From positions 1-43,247 of the IMG/VR virus record IMGVR_UViG_2540341091_000003: a DNA stretch of 43,247 nt, one strand, 5' to 3'. How positions within the stretch are numbered: the first letter of the stretch is position 1; each line of letters starts with the position of its first letter. The position numbers and the translations under genes were made by a program. The notes under the pieces are model-generated. The model saw only the letters and a list, made by a program, of their open reading frames with translations. It ran no database searches and was not told the origin of the DNA. Of the stretch, positions 1 to 8,619 are shown piece after piece. Source of the DNA: a virus. Lineage: Duplodnaviria; Heunggongvirae; Uroviricota; Caudoviricetes.

Positions 1-1254
1 ATGCTGGAACAAATGGGCATTGCCGCGAAGCAAGCCTCGTATAAATTAGCGCAACTCTCCAGCCGCGAAAAAAATCGCGTGCTGGAAAAAATCGCCGATG
101 AACTGGAAGCACAAAGCGAAATCATCCTCAACGCTAACGCCCAGGATGTTGCTGACGCGCGTGCCAATGGCCTTGGCGAAGCGATGCTTGACCGTCTGGC
201 ACTGACGCCCGCACGGCTGAAAGGCATTGCCGATGATGTGCGCCAGGTGTGTAACCTCGCCGATCCGGTGGGGCAGGTAATCGATGGCAGCGTACTGGAC
301 AGCGGCCTGCGTCTTGAGCGTCGTCGCGTACCGCTGGGGGTTATTGGCGTGATTTATGAAGCGCGCCCGAACGTGACGGTTGATGTCGCTTCGCTGTGCC
401 TGAAAACCGGTAACGCAGTGATTCTGCGTGGCGGTAAAGAAACCTGTCGCACTAACGCGGCAACGGTGGCGGTGATTCAGGACGCCCTGAAATCCTGTGG
501 CTTACCGGTGGGTGCCGTGCAGGCGATTGATAATCCTGACCGTGCGCTGGTCAGTGAAATGCTGCGTATGGATAAATACATCGACATGCTGATCCCGCGT
601 GGTGGCGCTGGTTTGCATAAACTGTGCCGCGAACAGTCGACGATCCCGGTGATCACAGGTGGTATAGGCGTATGCCATATTTATGTTGATGAAAGTGTAG
701 AGATTGCTGAAGCATTAAAAGTGATCGTCAACGCGAAAACTCAGCGTCCGAGCACATGTAATACGGTAGAAACGTTGCTGGTGAATAAAAACATCGCCGA
801 TAGCTTCCTGCCCGCATTAAGCAAACAAATGGAGGAAAGCGGCGTGGCATTACACGCAGATGCAGCTGCGCTGGCGCAGTTGCAGACAGGCCCCGCGAAG
901 GTGGTGGCTGTTAAAGCGGAAGAGTATGACGATGAGTTTCTGTCATTAGATTTGAACGTCAAAATCGTCAGTGATCTTGACGATGCCATCGCCCATATTC
1001 GTGAACACGGCACACAACACTCCGATGCGATCCTGACCCGCGATATGCGCAACGCCCAGCGTTTTGTTAACGAAGTGGATTCGTCCGCTGTTTACGTTAA
1101 CGCCTCTACGCGTTTTACCGACGGCGGCCAGTTTGGACTAGGTGCGGAAGTGGCGGTAAGCACACAAAAACTCCACGCGCGTGGCCCAATGGGGCTGGAA
1201 GCACTGACCACTTACAAGTGGATCGGTATTGGTGATTACACCATTCGTGCGTAA
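1..1254 (+). CDS. proA: gamma-glutamyl phosphate reductase (glutamate-5-semialdehyde dehydrogenase)
   Basis: 417-aa ORF whose whole sequence ([38 protein letters not shown]... ending ...GIGDYTIRA) I recognise as enterobacterial ProA; chromosomal GC-rich codon usage; followed by thrW as in E. coli. Confidence 0.97.
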   Translation: MLEQMGIAAKQASYKLAQLSSREKNRVLEKIADELEAQSEIILNANAQDVADARANGLGEAMLDRLALTPARLKGIADDVRQVCNLADPVGQVIDGSVLDSGLRLERRRVPLGVIGVIYEARPNVTVDVASLCLKTGNAVILRGGKETCRTNAATVAVIQDALKSCGLPVGAVQAIDNPDRALVSEMLRMDKYIDMLIPRGGAGLHKLCREQSTIPVITGGIGVCHIYVDESVEIAEALKVIVNAKTQRPSTCNTVETLLVNKNIADSFLPALSKQMEESGVALHADAAALAQLQTGPAKVVAVKAEEYDDEFLSLDLNVKIVSDLDDAIAHIREHGTQHSDAILTRDMRNAQRFVNEVDSSAVYVNASTRFTDGGQFGLGAEVAVSTQKLHARGPMGLEALTTYKWIGIGDYTIRA

Positions 1255-1368
1255 ATAAAACCGGGTGATGCAAAAGTAGCCATTTGATTCACAAGGCCAT
1301 TGACGCATCGCCCGGTTAGTTTTAACCTTGTCCACCGTGATTCACGTTCGTGAACATGTCCTTTCAGG

Positions 1369-1444
1369 GCCGATATAGCTCAGTTGGTAGAGCAGCGCAT
1401 TCGTAATGCGAAGGTCGTAGGTTCGACTCCTATTATCGGCACCA
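1369..1444 (+). tRNA. thrW: tRNA-Thr (anticodon CGU)
   Basis: 76-nt sequence GCCGATATAGCTCAGTTGGTAGAGCAGCGCATTCGTAATGCGAAGGTCGTAGGTTCGACTCCTATTATCGGCACCA with canonical D and T arms, a CGT anticodon in the anticodon loop and a 3' CCA; sits downstream of proA as thrW does in E. coli. Confidence 0.93.
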
Positions 1445-1458
1445 TTTAAATCAATAAG

Positions 1459-2622
1459 TTACACATCATTAGTACCTTCCTTATTTTTTGACTGGGACAA
1501 ATTTGGGACCGATGGGTTCAGAATCGAGTCTATTTGCCGTGCGTGTTCGGTAAGGTGATTAGGCGCGAGGTGAGCATATCGACGAACCATTTCGATAGAC
1601 TCCCAGCCACCCATTTCCTGTAACACTGACAACGGGACTCCGGCTTGAACCAGCCAACTTGCCCAGGTGTGTCTCAAGTCGTGAAATCTGAAATCATCAA
1701 TACCAGCTCGTCTCAGCGCCGCTTTCCAGGCTGTGTTTGCGTCATACCGCATCTTCCTTACTGTTGGCGCTTTCGTTCCGTCTGGTTTGGTACAGCTTTC
1801 CTTGTACACAAATACCCAACGGTGATGATTCCCGATTTGTTTTTTCAAAACGCGACATGCAGTATCATTCAGCGCAACGCCGATTGCGCGGTTTGATTTA
1901 CTCTCTTCCGGGTTTATCCATGCCACCCGGCGCTGCATATCTATTTGTTGCCATTCAAGGTTGATGATGTTCGAGCGTCTTAAACCTGTTGCCAGTGCAA
2001 ATTCAACAACAGACTTTAATGGCTCCGGACATTCATCAATCAGCCTTTGTGCTTCATGGGGCTCCAGCCAGCGGATCCGTTTATTCTTTGGTTGAGGCAC
2101 TTTAATAATTGGTGCCTTATCCAGCATTTTCCATTCACGCTCTGCGGCTCTTAGTAGGGCCTTTATAAATGAAAGATGCGTAGCCTTCGTTGCAACGGAC
2201 GCTGGTTTTGGCGTGTATTCTGGAACAGGTTTCCCTTTTTTTCTGCATGCTTCTGCCCTGAGTTTCCAGTTTTCCTCATGACGCCGGTTCGTCATTTTCT
2301 GCATTGCTGAATAAATTTTTGATTCAGTAATGTCTCTTAGTTGCATTCCTGCGAAATGTTGAAGCCAGAATCCGATCCGGCTTTTGTCATCGTCCAGTGA
2401 TTTTTTATGTGCTTTCTCTTCAAGCCACCTGACACACGCTTCCTCGAACGTTATATCAGGTATTTCACCAAGTTTGCTGACCCGCCATGCTTCAGCCTTT
2501 AGCTTGTCATGGAGTTCTGTCGCCTGCCTTTTGTCCTTTGTTCCAAGAGACTGTTTAAATCTTTTACCGTTCGGCAATGTGAAACTGGCGTACCATATTT
2601 CACCTCTGCGGAAGAGTGACAT
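1459..2622 (-). CDS. Tyrosine-type site-specific integrase
   Basis: 387-aa ORF adjacent to the tRNA; C-terminal catalytic region ...[41 protein letters not shown]... (R, H-x-x-R and Y of tyrosine recombinases). Confidence 0.93.
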   Translation of the reverse strand: MSLFRRGEIWYASFTLPNGKRFKQSLGTKDKRQATELHDKLKAEAWRVSKLGEIPDITFEEACVRWLEEKAHKKSLDDDKSRIGFWLQHFAGMQLRDITESKIYSAMQKMTNRRHEENWKLRAEACRKKGKPVPEYTPKPASVATKATHLSFIKALLRAAEREWKMLDKAPIIKVPQPKNKRIRWLEPHEAQRLIDECPEPLKSVVEFALATGLRRSNIINLEWQQIDMQRRVAWINPEESKSNRAIGVALNDTACRVLKKQIGNHHRWVFVYKESCTKPDGTKAPTVRKMRYDANTAWKAALRRAGIDDFRFHDLRHTWASWLVQAGVPLSVLQEMGGWESIEMVRRYAHLAPNHLTEHARQIDSILNPSVPNLSQSKNKEGTNDV

Positions 2623-2849
2623 TTTCTTTCCTCTGTTATGCCATCACCCGCGCTCACCTGGACAGTATGCAGCGGAGACTGAAGAGCCGCAATGCAGGCT
2701 TGTCGTGTTGTGAGGTAAGGAGATTTATTCTTAGTGGGATCTTTGCGTGTTGCCTGAAGACGCCCTGTGCGTATCCAGTTAATGGCAGTCGGTCTGGATA
2801 TCTTGAGAAAATGACAGGCCTCATCGAGTGTGAGGCTGTATGGCTCCAT
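2499..2849 (-). CDS. Excisionase/AlpA-like small DNA-binding protein (start assumed at the internal Met of the 2499..2933 ORF)
   Basis: [37 protein letters not shown]... looks like a helix-turn-helix of the Xis/AlpA type directly upstream of int; the 3' part overlaps int by ~124 bp in another frame, so the C-terminal extent is uncertain. Confidence 0.5.
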   Translation of the reverse strand: MEPYSLTLDEACHFLKISRPTAINWIRTGRLQATRKDPTKNKSPYLTTRQACIAALQSPLHTVQVSAGDGITEERKCHSSAEVKYGTPVSHCRTVKDLNSLLEQRTKGRRQNSMTS

Positions 2850-3154
2850 TATTTCACCTCTTGCTGTGACATTGTTGAAAAATGGATACCAGCTCGTTGC
2901 TGCCAGACGATCCAACCGAGAGTCATATCCCATGCCATGTATTCGTTATCGCCGTTTTTTGCTCTCCGACGATCTACTAAGTCACCGAAACGCTTTTCCA
3001 TGAATAATTCATAAGCTTCGCGTTCATCTGGTTCTACTTCCAGAGATAGGAGTGCGATTTCATAAGCACGGCGCTCAATATCGTCTCGCACGTCAAGGCT
3101 GCTGATACGCTCTTTAATTTCTTTAATCAGTTCTTTGTCGGTAAAAGTGGTCAT
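2849..3154 (-). CDS. Phage early protein, hypothetical (101 aa; YfdT-like by position and size)
   Basis: ORF with ATGA-type overlaps to both neighbours in a co-directional early-left operon; acidic, no motif recognised. Confidence 0.6.
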   Translation of the reverse strand: MTTFTDKELIKEIKERISSLDVRDDIERRAYEIALLSLEVEPDEREAYELFMEKRFGDLVDRRRAKNGDNEYMAWDMTLGWIVWQQRAGIHFSTMSQQEVK

Positions 3155-3516
3155 TATGCTCCAGCCTCCGGTGCTTTTGGCATTACTGCCCAGTGAGTGA
3201 TATTGACGTTTTCAAGGTCCCCGACCTGAAATGTCCACTGCCATTCTCCGGTTTCTTTTTGTCCCCAGGTGTACCAGAGAGAACGCCAGCCAATTAGCCA
3301 GCCTTCTCCTTTAGCATCGAATAACAAAACACTTTCATTTGCTGGTGGCAGTTCAGTTGACACTGGTATTACTTTGTTTTCCTGTGCTGCACATTTAGCT
3401 TCAAGCGCATCGAATTTACGCACCAGGTATTCAGCATCTGTTTCATTTACTTTCAGATCTCGCGGTACACATCTCCCACGAAGAAACCCTTCCATTTCGA
3501 AAACATTCATGCGCAT
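3154..3516 (-). CDS. Phage early protein, hypothetical (120 aa; YfdS-like)
   Basis: ORF translationally coupled to flanking genes; Trp-rich C-terminal half reminiscent of small lambdoid early proteins. Confidence 0.6.
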   Translation of the reverse strand: MRMNVFEMEGFLRGRCVPRDLKVNETDAEYLVRKFDALEAKCAAQENKVIPVSTELPPANESVLLFDAKGEGWLIGWRSLWYTWGQKETGEWQWTFQVGDLENVNITHWAVMPKAPEAGA

Positions 3517-4070
3517 TTGCGTAACTCCGATAACTCGTTAAAGCGTTCCATAAACATCCCGTAGGCATGGCCCGGTGCCAGTGGAATCACGTTGAACATC
3601 TCTGTTGCCGGGATACCTTCCAGTACAGGCCAGAAAGAGCCATCATCAAGCCCGAGATCGCGCTGTTCGGTTGCCAGCATGATGAGATCGGCATATTTCA
3701 CGGGCGTACTCATAACTGGGGGTAACCCGTATTTCTCACGGATTACGGCGTCTATTTTTTCTTCCATTTGTTTATAGTCAGGAAGAAGGCGTTTCAGTGG
3801 TGCGGGAATGTCCTGGCAATACGCTTCTGTTGCATCATGCATTAACGCTTCAAAAGCAAATTCCTGCGGCACCAGCTGGCTGCAAAGAACCGCATGTTGG
3901 GCGACGCTGTAGAAGTGCGAAAGATGACCGGCAAAGCGACAGATATTTGAAAGGGAAACCGCGATATCGTTAATATCGATGTCGTCTTTATTTATCCTGT
4001 CATAATAAAAATGCTTCCCGGAAAAAGTTTTAATAAATGACATTTTGTTCTCCACGTATATGCGCTGCAC
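3507..4070 (-). CDS. HD-domain phosphohydrolase (YfdR-like)
   Basis: Motifs ...GHLSHFYSVAQHAVLCS... and ...LMHDATEAYCQDIP... match the H...HD...D metal-binding pattern of HD hydrolases. Confidence 0.7.
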   Translation of the reverse strand: MQRIYVENKMSFIKTFSGKHFYYDRINKDDIDINDIAVSLSNICRFAGHLSHFYSVAQHAVLCSQLVPQEFAFEALMHDATEAYCQDIPAPLKRLLPDYKQMEEKIDAVIREKYGLPPVMSTPVKYADLIMLATEQRDLGLDDGSFWPVLEGIPATEMFNVIPLAPGHAYGMFMERFNELSELRKCA

Positions 4071-4170
4071 CGCGCTGAATTCTGGTAAAAAGAATCCCTC
4101 ACCATCCTGCGATTATTGAGTAAATTACGTTTCCATAAATGCCCCCGCAGGGGCATTTGCAGTAATGAAA

Positions 4171-4995
4171 TCAGGCGGTGAAAGTACCAATAAAGGTTTC
4201 TACTTTGCTGTCCTTGAATTTCTCAACAAGCAGATCACGAAATTCGTTAGCCATTTCTTCCTGCACCGCCTCCAGCTGAATAATGCGCAGAACCAGTACA
4301 GGACGATCGCCAGTGATAATACTGAGGCGTAATTTAAACGGACGTTCTTTCAGACCTTCAAACGGAACGCATTTAAATTCAAATGCCACTGGCATAATGT
4401 CTTTGGTCTTCGCTTCGACAGACTCCATCAGGGAGCGTTTGCCGCTGAAGTCATTATCTTCAAAATCAGCGGTCTGGTTTGCTTCAATCGTGATTTTACG
4501 GACAGCCGCAGCCGCTTTTGTTGCCTGAATGGCGTCACCATTAGCATCAAAGCCCACAAGGTAGTCGGCCCAGTCTTCAATCCATTCTGCCAGTGACTTC
4601 TGGGAGTTACGCTCGCCGTTAACAGACAACAGAGCAGAGAACGGTGCTGTCTTTTTCAGTTTGAGAGTGGCGGTGTTATCTGCGTGACCTGGTTCATCAA
4701 TAGTACCCAGGTTAAGCACACTGACGGCACGCATATTATCGGCATCGATAAAGCAGCGGGTGCCTTCATCTGCAAGAACTTTAGAATAACGGGTAAAGTC
4801 ATCGATGCTGGCAGTGGAAAGCGCACCACGGAAACGGAAGCGATTTAAATTAAATTTTTCCAGATCATGAATGCGGAAATTCTCAGGCAATGCCACAGCA
4901 TCGGCACCAATCTTACTGATAATTTCATTAACACCCTGAGCAGAAATAAGGGCATGGATTTGATTAATTGCGGTTGCGTCTAAGTTCTGAGACAT
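4171..4995 (-). CDS. DUF2303-family phage protein (YfdQ-like, 274 aa)
   Basis: Size and position match YfdQ of the CPS-53 early region; the family call is from memory and unverified. Confidence 0.65.
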   Translation of the reverse strand: MSQNLDATAINQIHALISAQGVNEIISKIGADAVALPENFRIHDLEKFNLNRFRFRGALSTASIDDFTRYSKVLADEGTRCFIDADNMRAVSVLNLGTIDEPGHADNTATLKLKKTAPFSALLSVNGERNSQKSLAEWIEDWADYLVGFDANGDAIQATKAAAAVRKITIEANQTADFEDNDFSGKRSLMESVEAKTKDIMPVAFEFKCVPFEGLKERPFKLRLSIITGDRPVLVLRIIQLEAVQEEMANEFRDLLVEKFKDSKVETFIGTFTA

Positions 4996-5059
4996 AATAA
5001 GTCCTCACTATATAAAGATATTCAGTGATGAGATAAATAATCAGTTTATTAGAACGATA

Positions 5060-5422
5060 TTAACGACCTGCTGCGCGGAGTTTTCCGTCAGGTTCACCGG
5101 CAAGAGTCAGTAATTGTCCCTGGTCTTCCTGCAGAATAGTCAGGCGACCACCGCGATTGACATACATCGGCGTTTCGGTGGTGTCTTCTTCGGAAATTTT
5201 CCCGCGGTTAGTCGGGCGAACATATGAGAGTTTGTGTTTGATTTTCACTCGGTTCTCATCAAACGGTTCGATTTCCAGGTTGAGCGAGACCTTACCTTTG
5301 GTTTTCGTGTTCATCACACCGGAAGCGACTTCACTGAGAACTGCGCCGATTTTGGTTTCAAATACGCCGCCGTCCAGCTCCCCGATAAATGCCTGCACAT
5401 CAGTACTGCGTTCGCTAGCCAT
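5060..5422 (-). CDS. Small phage early protein (YfdP-like, 120 aa; start at internal ATG 5420-5422 preceded by GAGGAG)
   Basis: The 226-aa ORF in the track has a Pro/Arg-rich, non-protein-like N-terminal extension; the Met at 5422 has a strong RBS and gives a 120-aa product MASERSTDVQAFIGELDGG.... Confidence 0.6.
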   Translation of the reverse strand: MASERSTDVQAFIGELDGGVFETKIGAVLSEVASGVMNTKTKGKVSLNLEIEPFDENRVKIKHKLSYVRPTNRGKISEEDTTETPMYVNRGGRLTILQEDQGQLLTLAGEPDGKLRAAGR

Positions 5423-5890
5423 TTTGCTGCTCCTCATCATATCGACCCTGCAAGGTCGGTTAGTTTCTCCACAAAACAGAGAAGAACACCTGCGGTGACT
5501 GCCGCCCGGATGGATTGGGTTATGAGCCCGTCGTCCGGTGATGCTCTTCTCTGTTTTGTAAAAAGGACGGTACCAGCCGGAAGCAAGGGTACAAGCTGGT
5601 ACCGCCAAGACTACACACAGCATAAAGTTGTGGTGCCGGGTGCCTCCCGGTGCCTGGCGAAGGTTGCACACCAGGCGGGTGGGTATCCACAGAAGGTCGA
5701 CTGTCAGCCTCAACCTTAACCCGCGTGCGCTGAGCCGCATTCACCACAACGCTAAGGATTCTCTCTGGTTGAAAATACTTAGCTGTTATGTGCCTGCTTT
5801 TAGCCACATCAGGCGAGGTGGACCTAGTTATTCCCCAACAACAAGGATTCGGTTAATCTGGTTATCCCCAACAACGCAAAAGGAAAAGAA

Positions 5891-6325
5891 ATGTCCGGTA
5901 ATATCTATACGCTGTACAAATCCCACTGTGAAAATGTTGGAAAGTATCGGGGCATTGAAATCAGTGGGGTAGTGTCATCAGTCGAAATAAGCAAAGTTGA
6001 ATCAAGGGCAACATTACTTACTCTTTTGGACCTTGTCTTACATGAGCACCGGAAGAAATTCGGCACTCCCTATAATCAGTTGAATGGGAAAAAGGCTCTG
6101 GTTCACCTTATTCTGATGAAGCATCACTGGATGCCAAAACAGATTAATGAGATGAAATTTGATGAACTTCTTCTTTCAATTCAGGATGAACTCACACTTG
6201 ATAAAATAAGCGTAACCGCCCAGAAATTTTTAGATTATCGAGACTGGAGATCACAAATTCATCACTTTGATGATTTTGACGAAAATGAATGGGATCCTAA
6301 TTTGTCTGCACAATATCTAAAGTAA
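5891..6325 (+). CDS. Hypothetical protein, 144 aa, AT-rich orphan gene antisense to the early-left operon
   Basis: ORF with AAGGA RBS 6-8 nt upstream; markedly AT-rich compared with neighbours; no motif recognised. Confidence 0.55.
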   Translation: MSGNIYTLYKSHCENVGKYRGIEISGVVSSVEISKVESRATLLTLLDLVLHEHRKKFGTPYNQLNGKKALVHLILMKHHWMPKQINEMKFDELLLSIQDELTLDKISVTAQKFLDYRDWRSQIHHFDDFDENEWDPNLSAQYLK

Positions 6326-6518
6326 CATCCTGTGATAAAACCGTGATTTCCTGATCCAGTTTTTTTAAGGAGTCTATTGTTTCCTGTCGATAAGACAGCA
6401 CTTCACGAAGCTGGTTTATAGCTGCCAGCTTCTTTGTCATCCACTCATAAATTTCCTCATCTGTGTAGCCAGGCGCGACGATTTTGGGTTCTGTTTTGTG
6501 CATTTCACACCTCCTCAA
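6297..6518 (-). CDS. Hypothetical small protein (73 aa), first gene downstream of the putative pL
   Basis: ORF with GAGGAGG RBS (6531-6537 on the minus strand); occupies the position of N in lambda but has no arginine-rich motif. Confidence 0.45.
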   Translation of the reverse strand: MRRCEMHKTEPKIVAPGYTDEEIYEWMTKKLAAINQLREVLSYRQETIDSLKKLDQEITVLSQDVTLDIVQTN

Positions 6519-6659
6519 GTTATCAGTTACTTGTTGATGGGGACCAGATTGTTAAAGAGCTAAGCGTCCTGTAGGGCGCTTTTTTGTTGCTAACGAATCA
6601 CCCTAGACTTTATATGCCCCAGGCGGCTACTTCGTGGGCGTCCTGCCTGTTCGTTATCT

Positions 6660-6740
6660 TTGATATAAAATCTAACTTAACTTAGTTATTATGGCAAGAG
6701 AAAACACCAAACTTTTCTTAGTTCGGTGCCTTAGTTAGAG
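6660..6740. promoter_or_regulatory. Putative left operator/promoter (OL/pL) region
   Basis: Repeated CTTAG-containing half-sites (CTAACTTAACTTAG at 6672-6685; CTTAGTT at 6718-6724 and 6730-6736) matching the palindromes found between cI and cro. Confidence 0.45.
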
Positions 6741-6750
6741 AAGAGAGGTC

Positions 6751-7377
6751 TTAGAGTTCGTATTGAACTCCTTTGACTACACCAATGATAAGGCAATTAC
6801 CATTGATAGGGATGTTGGGATACCGAGGATTTAAAGGCACTAAAAACTTTTGAGGGCCATCGATGACTAATTTTTTTACTGTAGCTTCGTTTGTTCCATC
6901 AAGTCGAGCGATGACTATTTTTCCATGACGAGGTTCTGCATCTGGATCTACAATCACTGTTGCGCCTTCTGGTATTGTTGGGAGGCCATTAGGGTTAGTC
7001 ATGGAGTCACCTTTAACCTCTAATGCAAATGAGTTATCACCAATCTTTAATGATGTATCTACCCACTTGTCCACTTCACTAAACACTTCTGCTGCCCTGC
7101 ACTCAGTAAACTGCCCAGCCTGAACCCACGATATTACAGGAACTCTGCGCATGTTTGTGACGAGTTTGCCTTCAAACTCAGCACCATAAAGAATGTAATC
7201 TATTGACGTATTGAAGAACTTCGCTAATTTCGAAAGTGCCTCCCCACCAGGGGTATTGATGTCTTTCTCCCAGTACCCCACAGCAACGTCGCTTACTCCA
7301 CAAAATTTACCCAATTCTTTCTGGGACGTTCCGGTAACTCTTCTCAGAGCTTTTATACGCTGACCAACCGTTTCCAT
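6751..7377 (-). CDS. CI-like repressor (HTH + S24 LexA-type autopeptidase domain)
   Basis: N-terminal HTH (QKELGKFCGVSDVAVGYWEKDINTPG), C-terminal ...ALEVKGDSMTNPNG... Ser-protease motif and downstream Lys; divergent from cro. Confidence 0.9.
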   Translation of the reverse strand: METVGQRIKALRRVTGTSQKELGKFCGVSDVAVGYWEKDINTPGGEALSKLAKFFNTSIDYILYGAEFEGKLVTNMRRVPVISWVQAGQFTECRAAEVFSEVDKWVDTSLKIGDNSFALEVKGDSMTNPNGLPTIPEGATVIVDPDAEPRHGKIVIARLDGTNEATVKKLVIDGPQKFLVPLNPRYPNIPINGNCLIIGVVKGVQYEL

Positions 7378-7394
7378 AGGAGCACCATTTCTTG

Positions 7395-7470
7395 AATTGC
7401 TAAGTAATCTTAGTTTTTATTGACCAAAGATAGATTTGTAATTAGCATCTAATAAAACTTAGTTTGGAGG
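7395..7470. promoter_or_regulatory. Right operator/promoter region (OR, pRM/pR) between cI and cro
   Basis: Palindromes CTAAGTAATCTTAG (7400-7413), ATTAGCATCTAAT (7441-7453) and AAACTTAGTTT (7455-7465) in the 97-bp divergent intergenic region; TTGACC at 7420-7425. Confidence 0.6.
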
Positions 7471-7474
7471 GCGT

Positions 7475-7675
7475 ATGACAACTGACGATATCGAAAGCTA
7501 CTTCGGCAGTATTGAGAAAGTTGCTGCTTTTTTCGGCATAACAACTGAAGCCGTTTATCAGTGGCGAAACCGTCCGGGCCAGTTAATTCCAAAAGGACGT
7601 GCAGCAGAAGCTGCATATAGAACTTGCGGACGGTTGCCATTTAAACCTGAGCTTTATGAAAAATCTAATGGATAA
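7475..7675 (+). CDS. Cro-like HTH regulator
   Basis: 66-aa ORF divergent from cI; ...FGITTEAVYQWRNRPGQLIP... HTH. Confidence 0.8.
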   Translation: MTTDDIESYFGSIEKVAAFFGITTEAVYQWRNRPGQLIPKGRAAEAAYRTCGRLPFKPELYEKSNG

Positions 7676-8264
7676 ATCGATTAACAGAAACCACAGAACG
7701 ATGAGGCTAACCGTGGGTAAGCATCACTGGAAAGTAGAAAAACAGCCTGAGTGGTACGTGAAAGCTGTCAGAAAAACTATCGCAGCGTTGCCGGGTGGTT
7801 ACGCTGAAGCAGCTGACTGGCTGGATGTAACAGAAAACGCATTATTTAACCGCCTTCGTGCCGATGGCGATCAGATTTTCCCGCTGGGATGGGCAATGAT
7901 TTTGCAACGTGCTGGTGGAACTCACTTCATTGCTGACGCTGTGGCGCAGTCTGCAAATGGCGTCTTTGTGTCTCTTCCTGACGTCGAGGATGTGGACAAC
8001 GCCGATATTAACCAGCGCCTGCTGGAAGTCATTGAACAGATTGGCAGTTATTCCAGACAGATTCGTTCGGCAATCGAAGACGGTGTGGTGGAACCGCATG
8101 AGAAGACAGCAATTAACGACGAGCTGTATCTCTCAATTTCGAAGCTGCAGGAGCATGCAGCACTGGTCTACAAAATCTTTTGCATTTCAGAAAGTAATGA
8201 CGCCCGCGAGTGTGCAGCTCCGGGCGCCGTGGCGTGTCGTGACTGTGGAGAAACTAACGCATGA
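7656..8264 (+). CDS. CII-like / early regulatory protein (start uncertain: 7656 or 7668)
   Basis: ORF directly after cro in the cII position; overlaps the cro stop; no motif assigned with certainty. Confidence 0.5.
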   Translation: MKNLMDKSINRNHRTMRLTVGKHHWKVEKQPEWYVKAVRKTIAALPGGYAEAADWLDVTENALFNRLRADGDQIFPLGWAMILQRAGGTHFIADAVAQSANGVFVSLPDVEDVDNADINQRLLEVIEQIGSYSRQIRSAIEDGVVEPHEKTAINDELYLSISKLQEHAALVYKIFCISESNDARECAAPGAVACRDCGETNA

Positions 8265-8619
8265 ACAGTTTAACAACACACTACCGTCGCTCGCAACTGA
8301 TTGCGCTTCCTGTACCGGGTGGAAAAGCGAAGGTGGAGTATTGCTATGCAGTTAATGTACCAGGTGACAGGGAAATTGTAACCCACAGCTTTGCTGAGTG
8401 GGCTGTGGGTGATTTCAACCGGCAGAAGGAGACAGTCCTTTGCGACAAGTTAACCGCTGGTTCAAAGATCACTACGGAGTGCCCGTCAGAGTCATTCGTT
8501 GGGAGCCGGAAACACAACGAGTTATCTACCTCCGCGAAGGCTATGAGCATGAGTGCTTCAGCCCGCTCGAACAGTTTCGTCGTAAATTCAGGGAAATAGA
8601 GGTCGGTCATGAGCACTAA
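8261..8619 (+). pseudogene. Hypothetical early gene apparently interrupted by a frameshift (N-terminal part in the 8261 frame, C-terminal part in the frame ending 8617-8619)
   Basis: The frame starting at 8261 degenerates into low-complexity sequence after ~aa 65, while a second frame open from 8413 to 8619 reads protein-like (...[54 protein letters not shown]) and ends exactly where the next gene starts. Confidence 0.4.

Noticed and set aside
741-1335. Minus-strand ORFs 741..1052 and 1138..1335 inside or next to proA
   Set aside because: Antisense to a well-supported gene or covering the tRNA promoter region; no RBS; typical spurious ORFs.
2499-2933. Full 144-aa ORF as the excisionase
   Set aside because: The first 28 codons overlap the upstream gene and lack an RBS; the internal Met at 2849 begins the HTH-like sequence.
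5423-5890. Retron msr/msd ncRNA
   Set aside because: The long inverted repeat is suggestive, but there is no reverse transcriptase gene (no ORF with a YADD-type motif) in the window and the repeat spacing (~50 nt) is too short for msr-msd.
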